From the NCBI GenBank assembly GCA_965224255.1, contig CBDCYO010000005.1, forward strand, positions 963,223 through 1,027,222: 64,000 nucleotides of DNA, read 5' to 3'. Positions 1 to 9,109 of the stretch are shown piece after piece. This stretch comes from Dehalococcoidia bacterium (GTDB taxonomy: Bacteria; Chloroflexota; Dehalococcoidia; UBA6926). The notes beneath the pieces were generated by a model. The model searched no databases and was not told where the DNA came from. It saw nothing but the letters and a program-made list of their open reading frames with translations. Each line of letters begins with the position of its first letter. Position 1 is the first letter of the stretch. Both the position numbers and the translations under genes were made by a program.

Positions 1-300
1 ATGCCGTGAAACTTATCCACCGCGCCCCGCATAATCGTCTCAACGTCCCCCAGGAAAAAGCGGGAATGGATGTTGTTGGGTCGGAACGTGACGACCTTGT
101 TGCCGTAATCGAGCGTGTTGAACGCCTCCGTAATCGTGTTGCGGGATTGTTCTCCCTTGAACTCGTACGGGCACGCGTCCTCGAGGTCCGCCATCACATG
201 GTCGACAGGCGCAGTCGCCGCGTTCCCATGCATACGCATGTTATGGCCTGGATAGGTCATCTCCGTGCGCGGAACGACGATCCGGCTACCCTGATCAAGA
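1..300 (-). CDS. CitE/HpcH-family CoA-ester lyase (malyl-CoA/citryl-CoA lyase beta-subunit-like); start codon at 300, 3' end runs off the window
   Basis: Minus-strand translation from ATG at 300-298 gives MFVLDQGSRIVVPRTEMTYPGHNMRMHGNAATAPVDHVMADLEDACPYEFKGEQSRNTITEAFNTLDYGNKVVTFRPNN, with the DLEDA motif and layout typical of CitE/malyl-CoA lyase N-termini. Not in the supplied ORF track because truncated. Confidence 0.55.
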
Positions 301-378
301 ACAAACATCTGGAAAGGCCTCCTGAAACGACATCACCCGCCCCACTGCGACGACCCCAAGTGAACGCCGGCCATCTCT

Positions 379-855
379 CTATTCGTCACTCAACGCGTCG
401 AGAAGCACCTGCGCCTCACCCGTGAGAACTATCTCCTGATTCTGGTTCGCGCACGTCGTTGACAGGGCAGCACGCCGCCGTTCCGTATCCAGCGCCGTCA
501 CCTCGAGCGTGGCCGTAATCGTATCGCCCAGAAAAACTGGCCGCTGGAACTGCAAGGTCTGACTGAGGTATATCGCGATACCATCCGGCACAAGCCGCGT
601 GCCGATGGCAGCGGAAAGCACACCGGCGGTCAGGACTCCGTGAGCAACGCGCTTGCCAAAGCGGGAGCGCTGCGCCGTCGCTTCGTCCAGATGCAGTGGC
701 TGATTGTCGCCAGATGCCTCCGCGAAGAGTTCCACATCACGCGCCGTGATCTGCTTCGTAAACGTCACGACACGCCCCACAGACACGCCCAAAACCCCGT
801 CCGCCACGCAGTACCCCCTTGCGCAGGGCGACTCAGTGTTCCCACCTCTGATCAT
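379..855 (-). CDS. MaoC-like (R)-specific enoyl-CoA hydratase/dehydratase, hot-dog fold
   Basis: ORF 379..855 contains ITARDVELFAEASGDNQPLHLDEATA...FGKRVAHGVLTAGVL, the characteristic MaoC dehydratase core. True start may be an internal GTG. Immediately upstream of the CitE-like gene on the same strand. Confidence 0.75.
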   Translation of the reverse strand: MIRGGNTESPCARGYCVADGVLGVSVGRVVTFTKQITARDVELFAEASGDNQPLHLDEATAQRSRFGKRVAHGVLTAGVLSAAIGTRLVPDGIAIYLSQTLQFQRPVFLGDTITATLEVTALDTERRRAALSTTCANQNQEIVLTGEAQVLLDALSDE

Positions 856-1033
856 GCCGCCCCGGCACTTCCGTGCACGCCGTATCCTACCATGCAGGGT
901 ATACCCTCGTCATTTTGACACCCGCGCCACCCGCACGCTGCGCGCTACACTGTAGTGTTAGTCCGGCGGGCGGAGAGCCCACGATGAGTCACACTAGGAC
1001 AACCGCACCCACAGCCAGTCGAAAGGAGGGGGA

Positions 1034-3070
1034 TTGAACACTCTACGTGGCATATCCCTCATGTGCCTGACGTTGTTTGTCCTCCTTGGCATGGCTGACG
1101 GCAGAGTCGGTCAAACCAACTCTACTCGCGGCCTGTGGACTGTCTATACCGTCGCAAACACAAGCATCGCCAGTTGGCACCTCACCGGCATCTACGAGGA
1201 CACCCTCGGCCGTATGTGGTTTGCCGCGTTCGATAACGGCGCATCAATGTATGACGACGGCGCGCTCATCACGTACAACGCCGACAACAGCGCCATCACC
1301 GCTCGCACAACATCATTCATCCACCACCCTTCCGGCGACGTCTGGGTTGGCACCGAAGAGGGAATCGTTGTCCTCGACAATGACCGCTGGTCGCGCCTTG
1401 ATGAAGATGGCGCGCTCGGCCTGGACGATGTCCTTATCTCCGCCCTCTACATCGATAGCAGGGAGCGCATATGGGTCGGCACATGGGGCGAGGGGCTCCA
1501 TGTCGTGGTAAATGGAGAATGGACATCGTACAGGACGGAGGAGGGGCTACCCAACGATCACATCTGGACGTTCTATGAAGACACATCAGGCCACGTCTGG
1601 GTAGGAACACAGGGTGGCATCGTCGTATTCGATAGCGATGATAGCCGCACCGTCTACACGACAAACAACAGCCCCCTTGCGGAGAATGACGTCCGCGTCT
1701 TCCAACAAGACGGAACGGATACCCTCTACATCGGCACCTACGGCGGCGGCATAAACGTCCTTGATGCCGATGGCCAATGGCAAGAGGATCCATTCACAAC
1801 GCAGCAGGGCACACCTTCCAACTTCATCACCTCCATGGCAGTCCAGCCGCAGGCTGAAGACTCGCCGAAGGATCCGGAGCTTCTCTGGGTCGGGACCGAG
1901 GCCGGTCTGGCGAGCTTTGACGGCACAGCTTTTTCAGATCCCATGCGTGTCCGACAAGGCATGCTATCCCACCACTTCATCAAGGGCTTGCATGTCGATG
2001 ACGAAGGCGCGCTATGGATCGTGACATACGGCGGCGGTGTGACGATCTACAACGGGGGTGATGACTCGTACCAGTACCTCTTCCCCACGGAGACCGGCCT
2101 AGCCGCGGATGATGTCTACGCACTGCTTGAGGATCGCCAGGGCAACATTTGGGTCGGGACGTCACGTGGCCTCAGCAAGTTTGACGGGCGCGCCTGGGAG
2201 ACCTTCATTCCAGACAACAGTGGCCTGACCTACCGCTACGTCAACGGGCTTGCAGAGGACAAACACGGCCGCGTCTGGATTTCCACACTGAGCGGAGGTT
2301 CCGTCTACGCGCACGGCGAATGGATCACCTATGACAGGTTCGGCGAGAACGAGGGCGAGCAGCAGCTCCCCAGCAATTCCCTCTTCAACGTCTTCTATGA
2401 CAGCCAGGATCGCGTCTGGTTCGCCACCGGCCTCGGTGCCGCCGTGCTCGAAAACGATAAATGGACACTCTACAATCGCACCGACGGTCTCAGAACCAAC
2501 ATCATTAGCGTCGTCACCGAGGATTCACTGGGGCGCGTCTGGCTGACACATTGGCAGGGCATCAACGTCTTTGACAATGGCGTATGGAACAGCATCAACA
2601 CACAAAACGCCGCCATTCGTACTGATCTCATTCTCGCCTCGCGGGAGGACAGTCAGGGACGCATGTGGTTCGGAACGATTGGGGATGGCGTTGCGATCTA
2701 TGACGGCCAGCAGTGGACCAAGCTCAACCGAGCCAATAACCGCCTCTCAAACGACAATGTCCGCTCCCTCGCGGAAGAGCCGAAGACGGGCCGGCAATGG
2801 GTCGGCACAGACGGCGGCCTCAACGGCCTTATCAACGACGAACTCTGGATGGTGTACACGGCCGAATCAACGCCGCTTCCCGCCAATCGGATCAACGAGT
2901 TGATGATCGATCGTCATGACAACCTGTGGATTGGCACGGCCGCCGGCGTCGCGGTTTTCCACCCGGGCTCGGACTTCCCGCTGCTGGACACCGCCACAAC
3001 TCTCTATCCCTGGCAGGAATCCGCCCGAAAGGACGTCGGCTCTCGCGACCAAGGTGACCTCAACGAGTAG
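1034..3070 (+). CDS. Secreted beta-propeller repeat protein (two-component-regulator-propeller / Reg_prop-like repeats)
   Basis: 678-aa ORF with N-terminal hydrophobic signal. At least 12 repeats of the W(V/I)GTxxG(L/I)xx(F/Y)D type (WVGTEEGIVVLD, WVGTQGGIVVFD, WVGTEAGLASFD and others). RBS-like GAAAGGAGGGGG lies just upstream; the start is TTG/ATG-ambiguous. Confidence 0.7.
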   Translation: MNTLRGISLMCLTLFVLLGMADGRVGQTNSTRGLWTVYTVANTSIASWHLTGIYEDTLGRMWFAAFDNGASMYDDGALITYNADNSAITARTTSFIHHPSGDVWVGTEEGIVVLDNDRWSRLDEDGALGLDDVLISALYIDSRERIWVGTWGEGLHVVVNGEWTSYRTEEGLPNDHIWTFYEDTSGHVWVGTQGGIVVFDSDDSRTVYTTNNSPLAENDVRVFQQDGTDTLYIGTYGGGINVLDADGQWQEDPFTTQQGTPSNFITSMAVQPQAEDSPKDPELLWVGTEAGLASFDGTAFSDPMRVRQGMLSHHFIKGLHVDDEGALWIVTYGGGVTIYNGGDDSYQYLFPTETGLAADDVYALLEDRQGNIWVGTSRGLSKFDGRAWETFIPDNSGLTYRYVNGLAEDKHGRVWISTLSGGSVYAHGEWITYDRFGENEGEQQLPSNSLFNVFYDSQDRVWFATGLGAAVLENDKWTLYNRTDGLRTNIISVVTEDSLGRVWLTHWQGINVFDNGVWNSINTQNAAIRTDLILASREDSQGRMWFGTIGDGVAIYDGQQWTKLNRANNRLSNDNVRSLAEEPKTGRQWVGTDGGLNGLINDELWMVYTAESTPLPANRINELMIDRHDNLWIGTAAGVAVFHPGSDFPLLDTATTLYPWQESARKDVGSRDQGDLNE

Positions 3071-3085
3071 CGCTCGTCGATTCCG

Positions 3086-3766
3086 CTAGTGCGCGGCGGC
3101 CGCGTCTGTCTGGGCGTTCGATGGCGCCCGCGTCCGCGATGATTGCCGGGCCGTCCCGTTCGTCGTCCGACGGCGCCGCTTTCTGGCCGGTTCCTTGTTG
3201 ACCCACAGGCCCTCCTGCGCCAACAAATCCGGGGTGAGAAGAGTGCGGAGGTCCGCCGTCTGCCACAAGTCAGGCGATTGATTCGACTCAAACGTGACGA
3301 CCTGCACGTACTTGCCAAGATTCTTGAGTGTCTGGATGGCGTATGCGAAGTCACCATCGCCGGATACCAGTACCGCCATATCATAGTAGTCCTGCCACGC
3401 GTAGTAGAGCAGGTCCGTGGCGAGCATGATGTCCACACCCTTTTCGACAACCTGCCCGTCACGCATGCGCGTGGTGCCAAATCGCGTCTCCACGTAGGGA
3501 ATGAGATGCAACGCCTGCAAGAATCGCTGCTGCTGCTGGTGTTCTGCGGGGCGGCGCTTCTCGTCCTGGATGACGTTGTAGTAGTAGGTTCGAAAGAGGG
3601 GCCGCTCACCGGCGATCCACTGAATGAACGCCGCAAAATCCAGATCAATCCGGCCACACGATTCCTCGAGCGCATGATACAGATTGCTACCATCGATGAA
3701 GATGGCGATGCGTTCAGCGCCCTCGCGCCATGGGCGCGGCTCGTTCGTCAAACTGGCTGACTGCAT
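3086..3766 (-). CDS. NYN-domain (LabA-like, PIN-like) protein
   Basis: IAIFIDGSNLYHA ... GVDIMLATDLL ... AVLVSGDGDFAYAI motifs typical of the NYN/LabA family; basic C-terminal tail. Confidence 0.75.
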   Translation of the reverse strand: MQSASLTNEPRPWREGAERIAIFIDGSNLYHALEESCGRIDLDFAAFIQWIAGERPLFRTYYYNVIQDEKRRPAEHQQQQRFLQALHLIPYVETRFGTTRMRDGQVVEKGVDIMLATDLLYYAWQDYYDMAVLVSGDGDFAYAIQTLKNLGKYVQVVTFESNQSPDLWQTADLRTLLTPDLLAQEGLWVNKEPARKRRRRTTNGTARQSSRTRAPSNAQTDAAAAH

Positions 3767-3890
3767 ATTCTCGGGGTGCGTGTGGCGCCTCCTCCGTCAA
3801 TGAAGCGGCTCATTGGAACCGTTTCGAAAACCGCTCAAGCACAGTATACCGTATCCAAACAAACCTCCGGCAGGGCGTCGCTGCCCGCAT

Positions 3891-4096
3891 GTCATTCTGA
3901 ACGGAACGTAGTGAAGTGAAGAATCTAAACGTGTGCGTCAGACCGTGCGTGTGCGTTCCGCCCCTGCGGCAGTTGGGAGCATAGATTCTTCGCTGCCCTC
4001 AGAATGACAGCCGCTACGCTCAGAATGACAGCCGCTACGCTCAGAATGACAGCCGCTACGCTCAGAACGACAGCCGCTACGCTCAGAATGACAGCC
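3891..4096. repeat. Composite palindromic intergenic repeat, copy A: core inverted repeat GAAGAATCTA...TAGATTCTTC (3920-3929 / 3982-3991), left arm GTCATTCTGAACGGAACGTAG, right arm five tandem 21-bp units CGCTACGCTCAGAATGACAGC
   Basis: Direct reading of sequence. Same family recurs at 6846-7268, 49766-49905, 57243-57603, 58700-59085 and 62725-63065. Confidence 0.9.
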
Positions 4097-4141
4097 AGCG
4101 CCTCCAGCAAGACACTCGCGGATGTCTACAATGGCAAGGCC

Positions 4142-5098
4142 ATGAGTGAGACACTCCATGTAGGCCCGCCGGAACTTGGGATCCAGACCGCGCCACTGGG
4201 CGTCGGCGCGTGGCCGTGGGGTTCGCGCTGGTATTGGGGCTACGGCAAGTCATTTGGCGCGGAAGACGTGCGCGGCGCGTTCCGAGCTTCCCTTGAAGCG
4301 GGCGTGTCACTATTCGATACGGCGGAGCTGTATGGGCGCGGCGAATCGGAGAGAATTCTCGGTCGACTAATACGGGAATGGACTGAGAACGGAGCCAGCA
4401 ATCAACCCGTCATCGCGACCAAGTTCCTTCCCGTTCCCTGGCGTGTGCGGCCTGGTGATCTACATCGGGCGCTTCGCGGCAGTCTACGTCGTCTGGGCGT
4501 GGAGAGCGTGGGGCTCTATCAAATTCACTGGCCAATTCCACCAGCCCGCCTGCGTCTCCGCCAGTGGATCAGCGGGCTGATCACGGCGCACGGCGAGGGG
4601 TTAGTGAAAGCCGTCGGCGTCTCCAACTTTGATGCAGACCTCATGCGTTACGCCCATGAGTTGTTGTCACGGGCCGGGATTCCGCTCGCGTCAAATCAGC
4701 TGCCGTATAGCCTGCTTGATCGCCACATCGAACGCGAGGGGCTGCTGGGCGCGTGCCGAGAGTTGGGCGTAACGGTCATTTCCTACAGCCCCTTGGCCGA
4801 AGGACTACTCACGGGTACCTACACCCCGGATAACAGGCCGGCGGGATATCGGGGCTGGCGACTCCGCAAGAAGGTGGGGCGTGTGCAGCCCATCATCGGC
4901 GTCTTGCGGGACATCGCTGCGCAACACCATGGCCCGACGCCGGCGCAGGTGGCGCTACGATGGCTCATCCAGAAAGGGACGATTCCCATCCCGGGCGCCA
5001 AGACCGCGCGGCAGGCAACGGACAACGCCGGCGCCCTCGGCTGGAGCCTCACCGGGGAGGATATGGCGGTCCTGGATGAGGCCTCGTCACGAGTGTAG
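4142..5098 (+). CDS. Aldo/keto reductase family oxidoreductase
   Basis: LGVGAWPWG ... AEDVRGAFRASLEAGVSLFDTAELYG ... IHWP ... AVGVSNF ... IPIPGAKT motifs. The track ORF starts at 4004 only because the tandem 21-bp repeat is in frame (MTAATLR x4); MSETLHV at 4142 is the plausible start. Confidence 0.85.
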   Translation: MSETLHVGPPELGIQTAPLGVGAWPWGSRWYWGYGKSFGAEDVRGAFRASLEAGVSLFDTAELYGRGESERILGRLIREWTENGASNQPVIATKFLPVPWRVRPGDLHRALRGSLRRLGVESVGLYQIHWPIPPARLRLRQWISGLITAHGEGLVKAVGVSNFDADLMRYAHELLSRAGIPLASNQLPYSLLDRHIEREGLLGACRELGVTVISYSPLAEGLLTGTYTPDNRPAGYRGWRLRKKVGRVQPIIGVLRDIAAQHHGPTPAQVALRWLIQKGTIPIPGAKTARQATDNAGALGWSLTGEDMAVLDEASSRV

Positions 5099-5188
5099 AC
5101 CGCGGTGCTTTACGCGCATTGCCGCGCGCCCATACGATTTGCCAATGAAGATCCCACGCACGGCCCATCACCGAAAGGAGGCGCGGCT

Positions 5189-5965
5189 ATGACGACGCAG
5201 TTGGACGAGGTGAAGCGGGAGGTTGCCATTGCCAATCGCGTACTGCCGGACATCGGTCTGGCGGCCGGCGTGCTCGGATCTCTCGGCCACGTGAGTATGC
5301 GTGTGCCGGACAACCCGGAGACCTTTGTGGTCAAGGGCCGCGGGTACGCTATCGATGCCCTGGCGCGCGTCGAGCCAGAGGGTATGGTCGTCTGCGACCT
5401 CGATGGCTTCAAAATCGGCGGCCCGCCGGGCATCACCCAGTGCTTCGAGGTCAAGATACACTCCGCCATGTACCGGGCGCGGCCGGATGTGCAGTCCATC
5501 GTCCATGTCCACCCGCGATTCGCCATCGTCATGGGAATCCTCGGCGCCACCCTCGTCCCGATGTGCCGTGAGGGAATGGAGCTTGTCGAACAGCCCGTTC
5601 CGGTCTATCCGCACAGCAAGCTGATACTCACGGAGGAGGATGGCATCGGCGTGGCGGAGACACTCGGTGAGGCGACGGTTCTCATGCTCCAAGGGCATGG
5701 CGCCGTGAGTGTCGGAACATCGACGGGCGACGCCGTGATGAACATGGCACACCTGGAGGAACAGGCGCGCATGAACTGGTACGCCTATGCCGCAGCCGGC
5801 CCGGGACACGCCCGTATCACGGAGGAACACATTGCGGAGAGCGCCGCGCAGCCCCCGACTGCTGAGTTGCCCCACTTCCGTGAGTTGGTGAGCGGCACAA
5901 GAGCACAGGCGGCTGTCGGCGGAGTATGGCGTCACCTGGCCGAGCTGGCGGCCCAGGGCATATAG
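5189..5965 (+). CDS. Class II aldolase/adducin-family protein (fuculose-phosphate-aldolase-like)
   Basis: ATG at 5189 preceded by AAAGGAGG; GSLGHVSMR ... VHVHP ... MLQGHGAVSVG fits the class II aldolase fold. Confidence 0.8.
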   Translation: MTTQLDEVKREVAIANRVLPDIGLAAGVLGSLGHVSMRVPDNPETFVVKGRGYAIDALARVEPEGMVVCDLDGFKIGGPPGITQCFEVKIHSAMYRARPDVQSIVHVHPRFAIVMGILGATLVPMCREGMELVEQPVPVYPHSKLILTEEDGIGVAETLGEATVLMLQGHGAVSVGTSTGDAVMNMAHLEEQARMNWYAYAAAGPGHARITEEHIAESAAQPPTAELPHFRELVSGTRAQAAVGGVWRHLAELAAQGI

Positions 5966-6040
5966 ACAGACGGGGGGCGCCTGCCGCGCCACCTGCCAGG
6001 ACGAGGCGTGTAGTCAGACGCGAGGAGGCTGGATTTAACA

Positions 6041-6817
6041 ATGGATTTAGGAATCGCCGGAAGAGTTGCGCTTGTCACGGGTGGTAGCCGGGGGCTCGGT
6101 CGTCAGGCCGCGCTGAGCCTCGCCGCGGAGGGTGTCAGAATCGCCATCTGCGCGCGCACACAGGAGAATCTGGACGCTATCTTGCCTGAACTCGCGGCGG
6201 CGGGCGCACCCGCCGCCGCCGCCATTGCCGCCGACGTGACCGATCCGCCATCGCTTGAGCGTCTGCATGACTCCATCGTCCACCAACTCGGTGCGATCGA
6301 TATTCTCATCAACAACGCCGGGGCCAGTCGACGCGGTGATGTCCTGGCCATCGGTGAACAGGAATGGGCGGATTTATGGGCGCTGAACGTCATGGCGCCT
6401 GCGCGCCTCAGCCGTCTCGTCCTTCCTGGGATGCAAGAGCGACAATGGGGCCGCATTGTCAACGTCTCCTCAATCTGGGGCCGAGAGCATGGCGGCGGCG
6501 TGGCATACATGACCACAAAGGCCGCCCTCATCGCCTTCACCAAGAGCACGGCGCTGAGTTACGCCAAGGACGGCATCCTCATCAACTCCGTCGCGCCGGG
6601 GTCCGTCGCCTTCCCAACGGGAAGCTGGGATCGGTTCCAAACGCAGAACGAGCCGGACGTCGTCCGCGATTTTGTTGAGCACAACCTGCCGATGGGACGA
6701 TTCGGATGGCCCGAGCCCGTCGGGGACCTCATCGCCTTCCTCTGTTCTGAGCGGGCCGGCTTCCTCACCGGGACGACAATCAACATCGACGGCGGCCAAT
6801 CAAAGACCCTGATCTGA
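6041..6817 (+). CDS. SDR-family short-chain dehydrogenase/reductase
   Basis: VALVTGGSRGLGRQAA (Rossmann TGxxxGxG), NNAG, YxxxK (YMTTKAAL) catalytic motif. Confidence 0.85.
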   Translation: MDLGIAGRVALVTGGSRGLGRQAALSLAAEGVRIAICARTQENLDAILPELAAAGAPAAAAIAADVTDPPSLERLHDSIVHQLGAIDILINNAGASRRGDVLAIGEQEWADLWALNVMAPARLSRLVLPGMQERQWGRIVNVSSIWGREHGGGVAYMTTKAALIAFTKSTALSYAKDGILINSVAPGSVAFPTGSWDRFQTQNEPDVVRDFVEHNLPMGRFGWPEPVGDLIAFLCSERAGFLTGTTINIDGGQSKTLI

Positions 6818-6845
6818 GCCGCCGCCCCTCCGCCATTGTGCACGC

Positions 6846-7268
6846 GCCCCCGCTGTCATTCCTAAGCGCCCCCGCTGTCATTCTGAGCGCCGCTGTCATT
6901 CCTAAGCACCCCCGCTGTCATTCTGAGCGCCCCTCCTGTCATTCCAGAGCGCCCCCTCTGCCATTCTGAGCGCCCCCGCTGTCATTCCTAAGCACCCCCG
7001 CTGTCATTCCGCCCCCCGCTGTCATTCTGAGCGCAGCGAAGAATCTACCTCCCCATTGCCGCAGGGGGGACACCCACCACACACACGGTCTGACACACAC
7101 GTTTGGATTCTTCACTCCACTACGTTCCGTTCAGAATGGCAGGGTGGCCGCTACGTTCCGTTCAGAATGACATGAGTGCCGCTACGTTCCATTCAGAATG
7201 ACATGAGTGCCGCTACGTTCCGTTCAGAATGACAGGGTGGCCGCGTTCCGTCGGGAATGGCGGGGTGG
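6846..7268. repeat. Composite palindromic repeat, copy B (largest, reverse orientation): about nine tandem ~21-bp units (CCCCCGCTGTCATTCTGAGCG-like), core GAAGAATCTA (7039-7048) ... TGGATTCTTC (7104-7113), then four to five tandem ~31-bp units (CGCTACGTTCCGTTCAGAATGACAGGGTGGC)
   Basis: Direct reading; long-core subtype shared with copy A (ACGTGTGTGTCAGACCGTGTGTG segment). Confidence 0.9.
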
Positions 7269-7303
7269 ATGCTGCCCTCCATCGCGTAGGGGCAGACGGC
7301 CTC

Positions 7304-8077
7304 CTACCGAATGAGCCGGGCCTTCATCCGTGCCACCGCCAGGTAGTAGAACGCTACCCCCAGCGCCACCAGGTACAGCAGCGACCACACCATCGTCATA
7401 GAAAGTTCCCCCGTCACCAGCCCTCTGACCACATGCACGTACGGCGTTAGAGGGATGACCCATGCCATCTCACGCACGATGTCCGGGTAGCGCTCCAGCG
7501 GGAAGAACACGCCGCCAAAGAAGTACATCGGCATGACGCCCAGCGTGATCGCGTAGTTGAACGTCCAGAATGATGGCGCATGGGCGGTGACCAACAACGC
7601 CATCGATGAGAACAGGATGCCGGAGAAGAACGCGAGCACCGGAATAAATATCGCCAGCGGTGAATCGACGAATCCCATCACCGTCAGCACGAACAGAATG
7701 ACCGTGGCGCTGAAAAGGGAGCGCGTCGCCCCCCACAGCACCTCCCCCGTGATAACGTCCTCGATGGATAGGGGCGTGGAGATCATCGCCTCATAGAGTC
7801 CACGAATGGCCATGCGCGTGTAGGAGCCGTACGTGCACTCGAAGAATGCCGCAAACAGTGAATAGCCCCCAATGATGCCCGGCCCGATGAATTGCGCATA
7901 GCTGATGTCACCGACAAGCGTGACGTATGCTCCCAGCCCCACTCCCATTGCACCCAAAACGACGAGTGGCTCCACGAAGAGTGGCCCCACCTCCGCCAGT
8001 GCGAATTTCTTGAAGACCGTCCAGTTGCGCCGCCACACGCGGGCGCCGTATGGAACTCTCGCAGGTGTGCGGATCAT
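7304..8077 (-). CDS. ABC-2 type transporter permease
   Basis: 257-aa polytopic membrane protein with six predicted TM segments, immediately downstream of an ABC ATPase on the same strand. Confidence 0.8.
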   Translation of the reverse strand: MIRTPARVPYGARVWRRNWTVFKKFALAEVGPLFVEPLVVLGAMGVGLGAYVTLVGDISYAQFIGPGIIGGYSLFAAFFECTYGSYTRMAIRGLYEAMISTPLSIEDVITGEVLWGATRSLFSATVILFVLTVMGFVDSPLAIFIPVLAFFSGILFSSMALLVTAHAPSFWTFNYAITLGVMPMYFFGGVFFPLERYPDIVREMAWVIPLTPYVHVVRGLVTGELSMTMVWSLLYLVALGVAFYYLAVARMKARLIR

Positions 8078-8079
8078 GG

Positions 8080-9051
8080 CTACTCCTCCAACCCTCGGCC
8101 CGTCAGACGCAGGAAAACGTCCTCGAGGTTGGCGGGGCGGGAGTATGCCCGAGCACCCTGGAGTGGCCCCGCGGTGAGGTCGATCCCATCGAGCCCGAAT
8201 GCGTGCACCGTGTCCGGTGTCTGTTCGATCTCCGCGCCCGCGCTGTGCAGATACTCGGCGACGCGCTCGAGGGCAGCAGGGTTCAATGACTGCGCCTCGA
8301 TGACGGTCTCACCCGCGGTGCGCATGATCAGCTCCGCAGGGGATCCCTCCGCGAGGATGCGGCCCTCGTGCATGACGATCAGCCGATCGCACAACGTCGC
8401 CGCCTCGTCCATGTAGTGCGTCGTGAGGAGCATGGTGACGCCCTGATCCTTAAGGCGACGCAGCGTGCGCCAAACCAGGTGGCGCGCCTGAGGATCCAAT
8501 CCCGTCGTCGGCTCATCCAGCACAAGGATCGATGGCTCGTTGATGAGTCCCCGTGCAATCAGTAACCGCCGCTTCATCCCGCCGGACAGTTCATCCACCT
8601 TCGCTCCCGCGCGATCCGCCAGTTGGAAGAGTTCCAGCGCATGCATGGCTCGGGAGTGCGCCGCTGAGCCATTGATCCCAAAGTAACCCGCGTAGAGGCG
8701 TAGGTTGTCGATCACGGACAGCTCATCGTCCAGGTTGTCGCCCTGCGGCACGATGCCGATCGTAGACTTGATGACCCGCCCCTGTGACTGGACTGGCAGG
8801 CCGTTCACAAGCAGCGTGCCCGCCGTCAGCGGAGAGACGCACGCGATCATGCGCATCGTGCTCGTCTTGCCTGCGCCGTTCGGGCCGAGGAATCCAAAGC
8901 ACTCGCCGGGCCGCACATCAAAACTGATGCCGCGGACGGCGATGAGATCACCAAACTCCTTGATCAGCCCTCGCGCGACAATGGGCATGACGACGCCATC
9001 CGCGGGCGTGTCCTTCGTCGCCACCTGCTGAAGACGATCTATGCGAGCCAT
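8080..9051 (-). CDS. ABC transporter ATP-binding protein
   Basis: Walker A GPNGAGKTS, signature LSGGMKRRL, Walker B ILVLDEPTTGLD, H-loop TTHYM. Start placed at MARIDRL (ATG 9051-9049); the track N-terminal extension to 9513 overlaps the upstream TPR gene and lacks homology. Confidence 0.85.
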   Translation of the reverse strand: MARIDRLQQVATKDTPADGVVMPIVARGLIKEFGDLIAVRGISFDVRPGECFGFLGPNGAGKTSTMRMIACVSPLTAGTLLVNGLPVQSQGRVIKSTIGIVPQGDNLDDELSVIDNLRLYAGYFGINGSAAHSRAMHALELFQLADRAGAKVDELSGGMKRRLLIARGLINEPSILVLDEPTTGLDPQARHLVWRTLRRLKDQGVTMLLTTHYMDEAATLCDRLIVMHEGRILAEGSPAELIMRTAGETVIEAQSLNPAALERVAEYLHSAGAEIEQTPDTVHAFGLDGIDLTAGPLQGARAYSRPANLEDVFLRLTGRGLEE

Positions 9052-9109
9052 GCTATGAAAATCGTAGCACGGCCACATCGGTCGTGAGCGCCCGGGCTGC
9101 TCGGCGTCG

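Noticed and set aside
3995-4100. Possible CRISPR array (regular 21-bp direct repeats); also similar arrays at 6846-7035 and 7115-7265
   Set aside because: The repeats are contiguous with no intervening unique spacers, units are only 21-32 bp, and they form the arms of the palindromic intergenic element family. No cas genes are present.
3925-4159. Track ORFs encoding repeat-derived peptides (VILSVAAV..., CHSERSGCRSERSG...), and similar ORFs at 57294-57800, 58693-59091 and 62631-63005 (CHSERSEESM..., VILSVAKNL...)
   Set aside because: These lie wholly inside the intergenic composite repeats. Their periodic amino-acid sequence is a translation of the tandem units, the same sequence yields ORFs on both strands, and no start/RBS context is present. 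Spurious.
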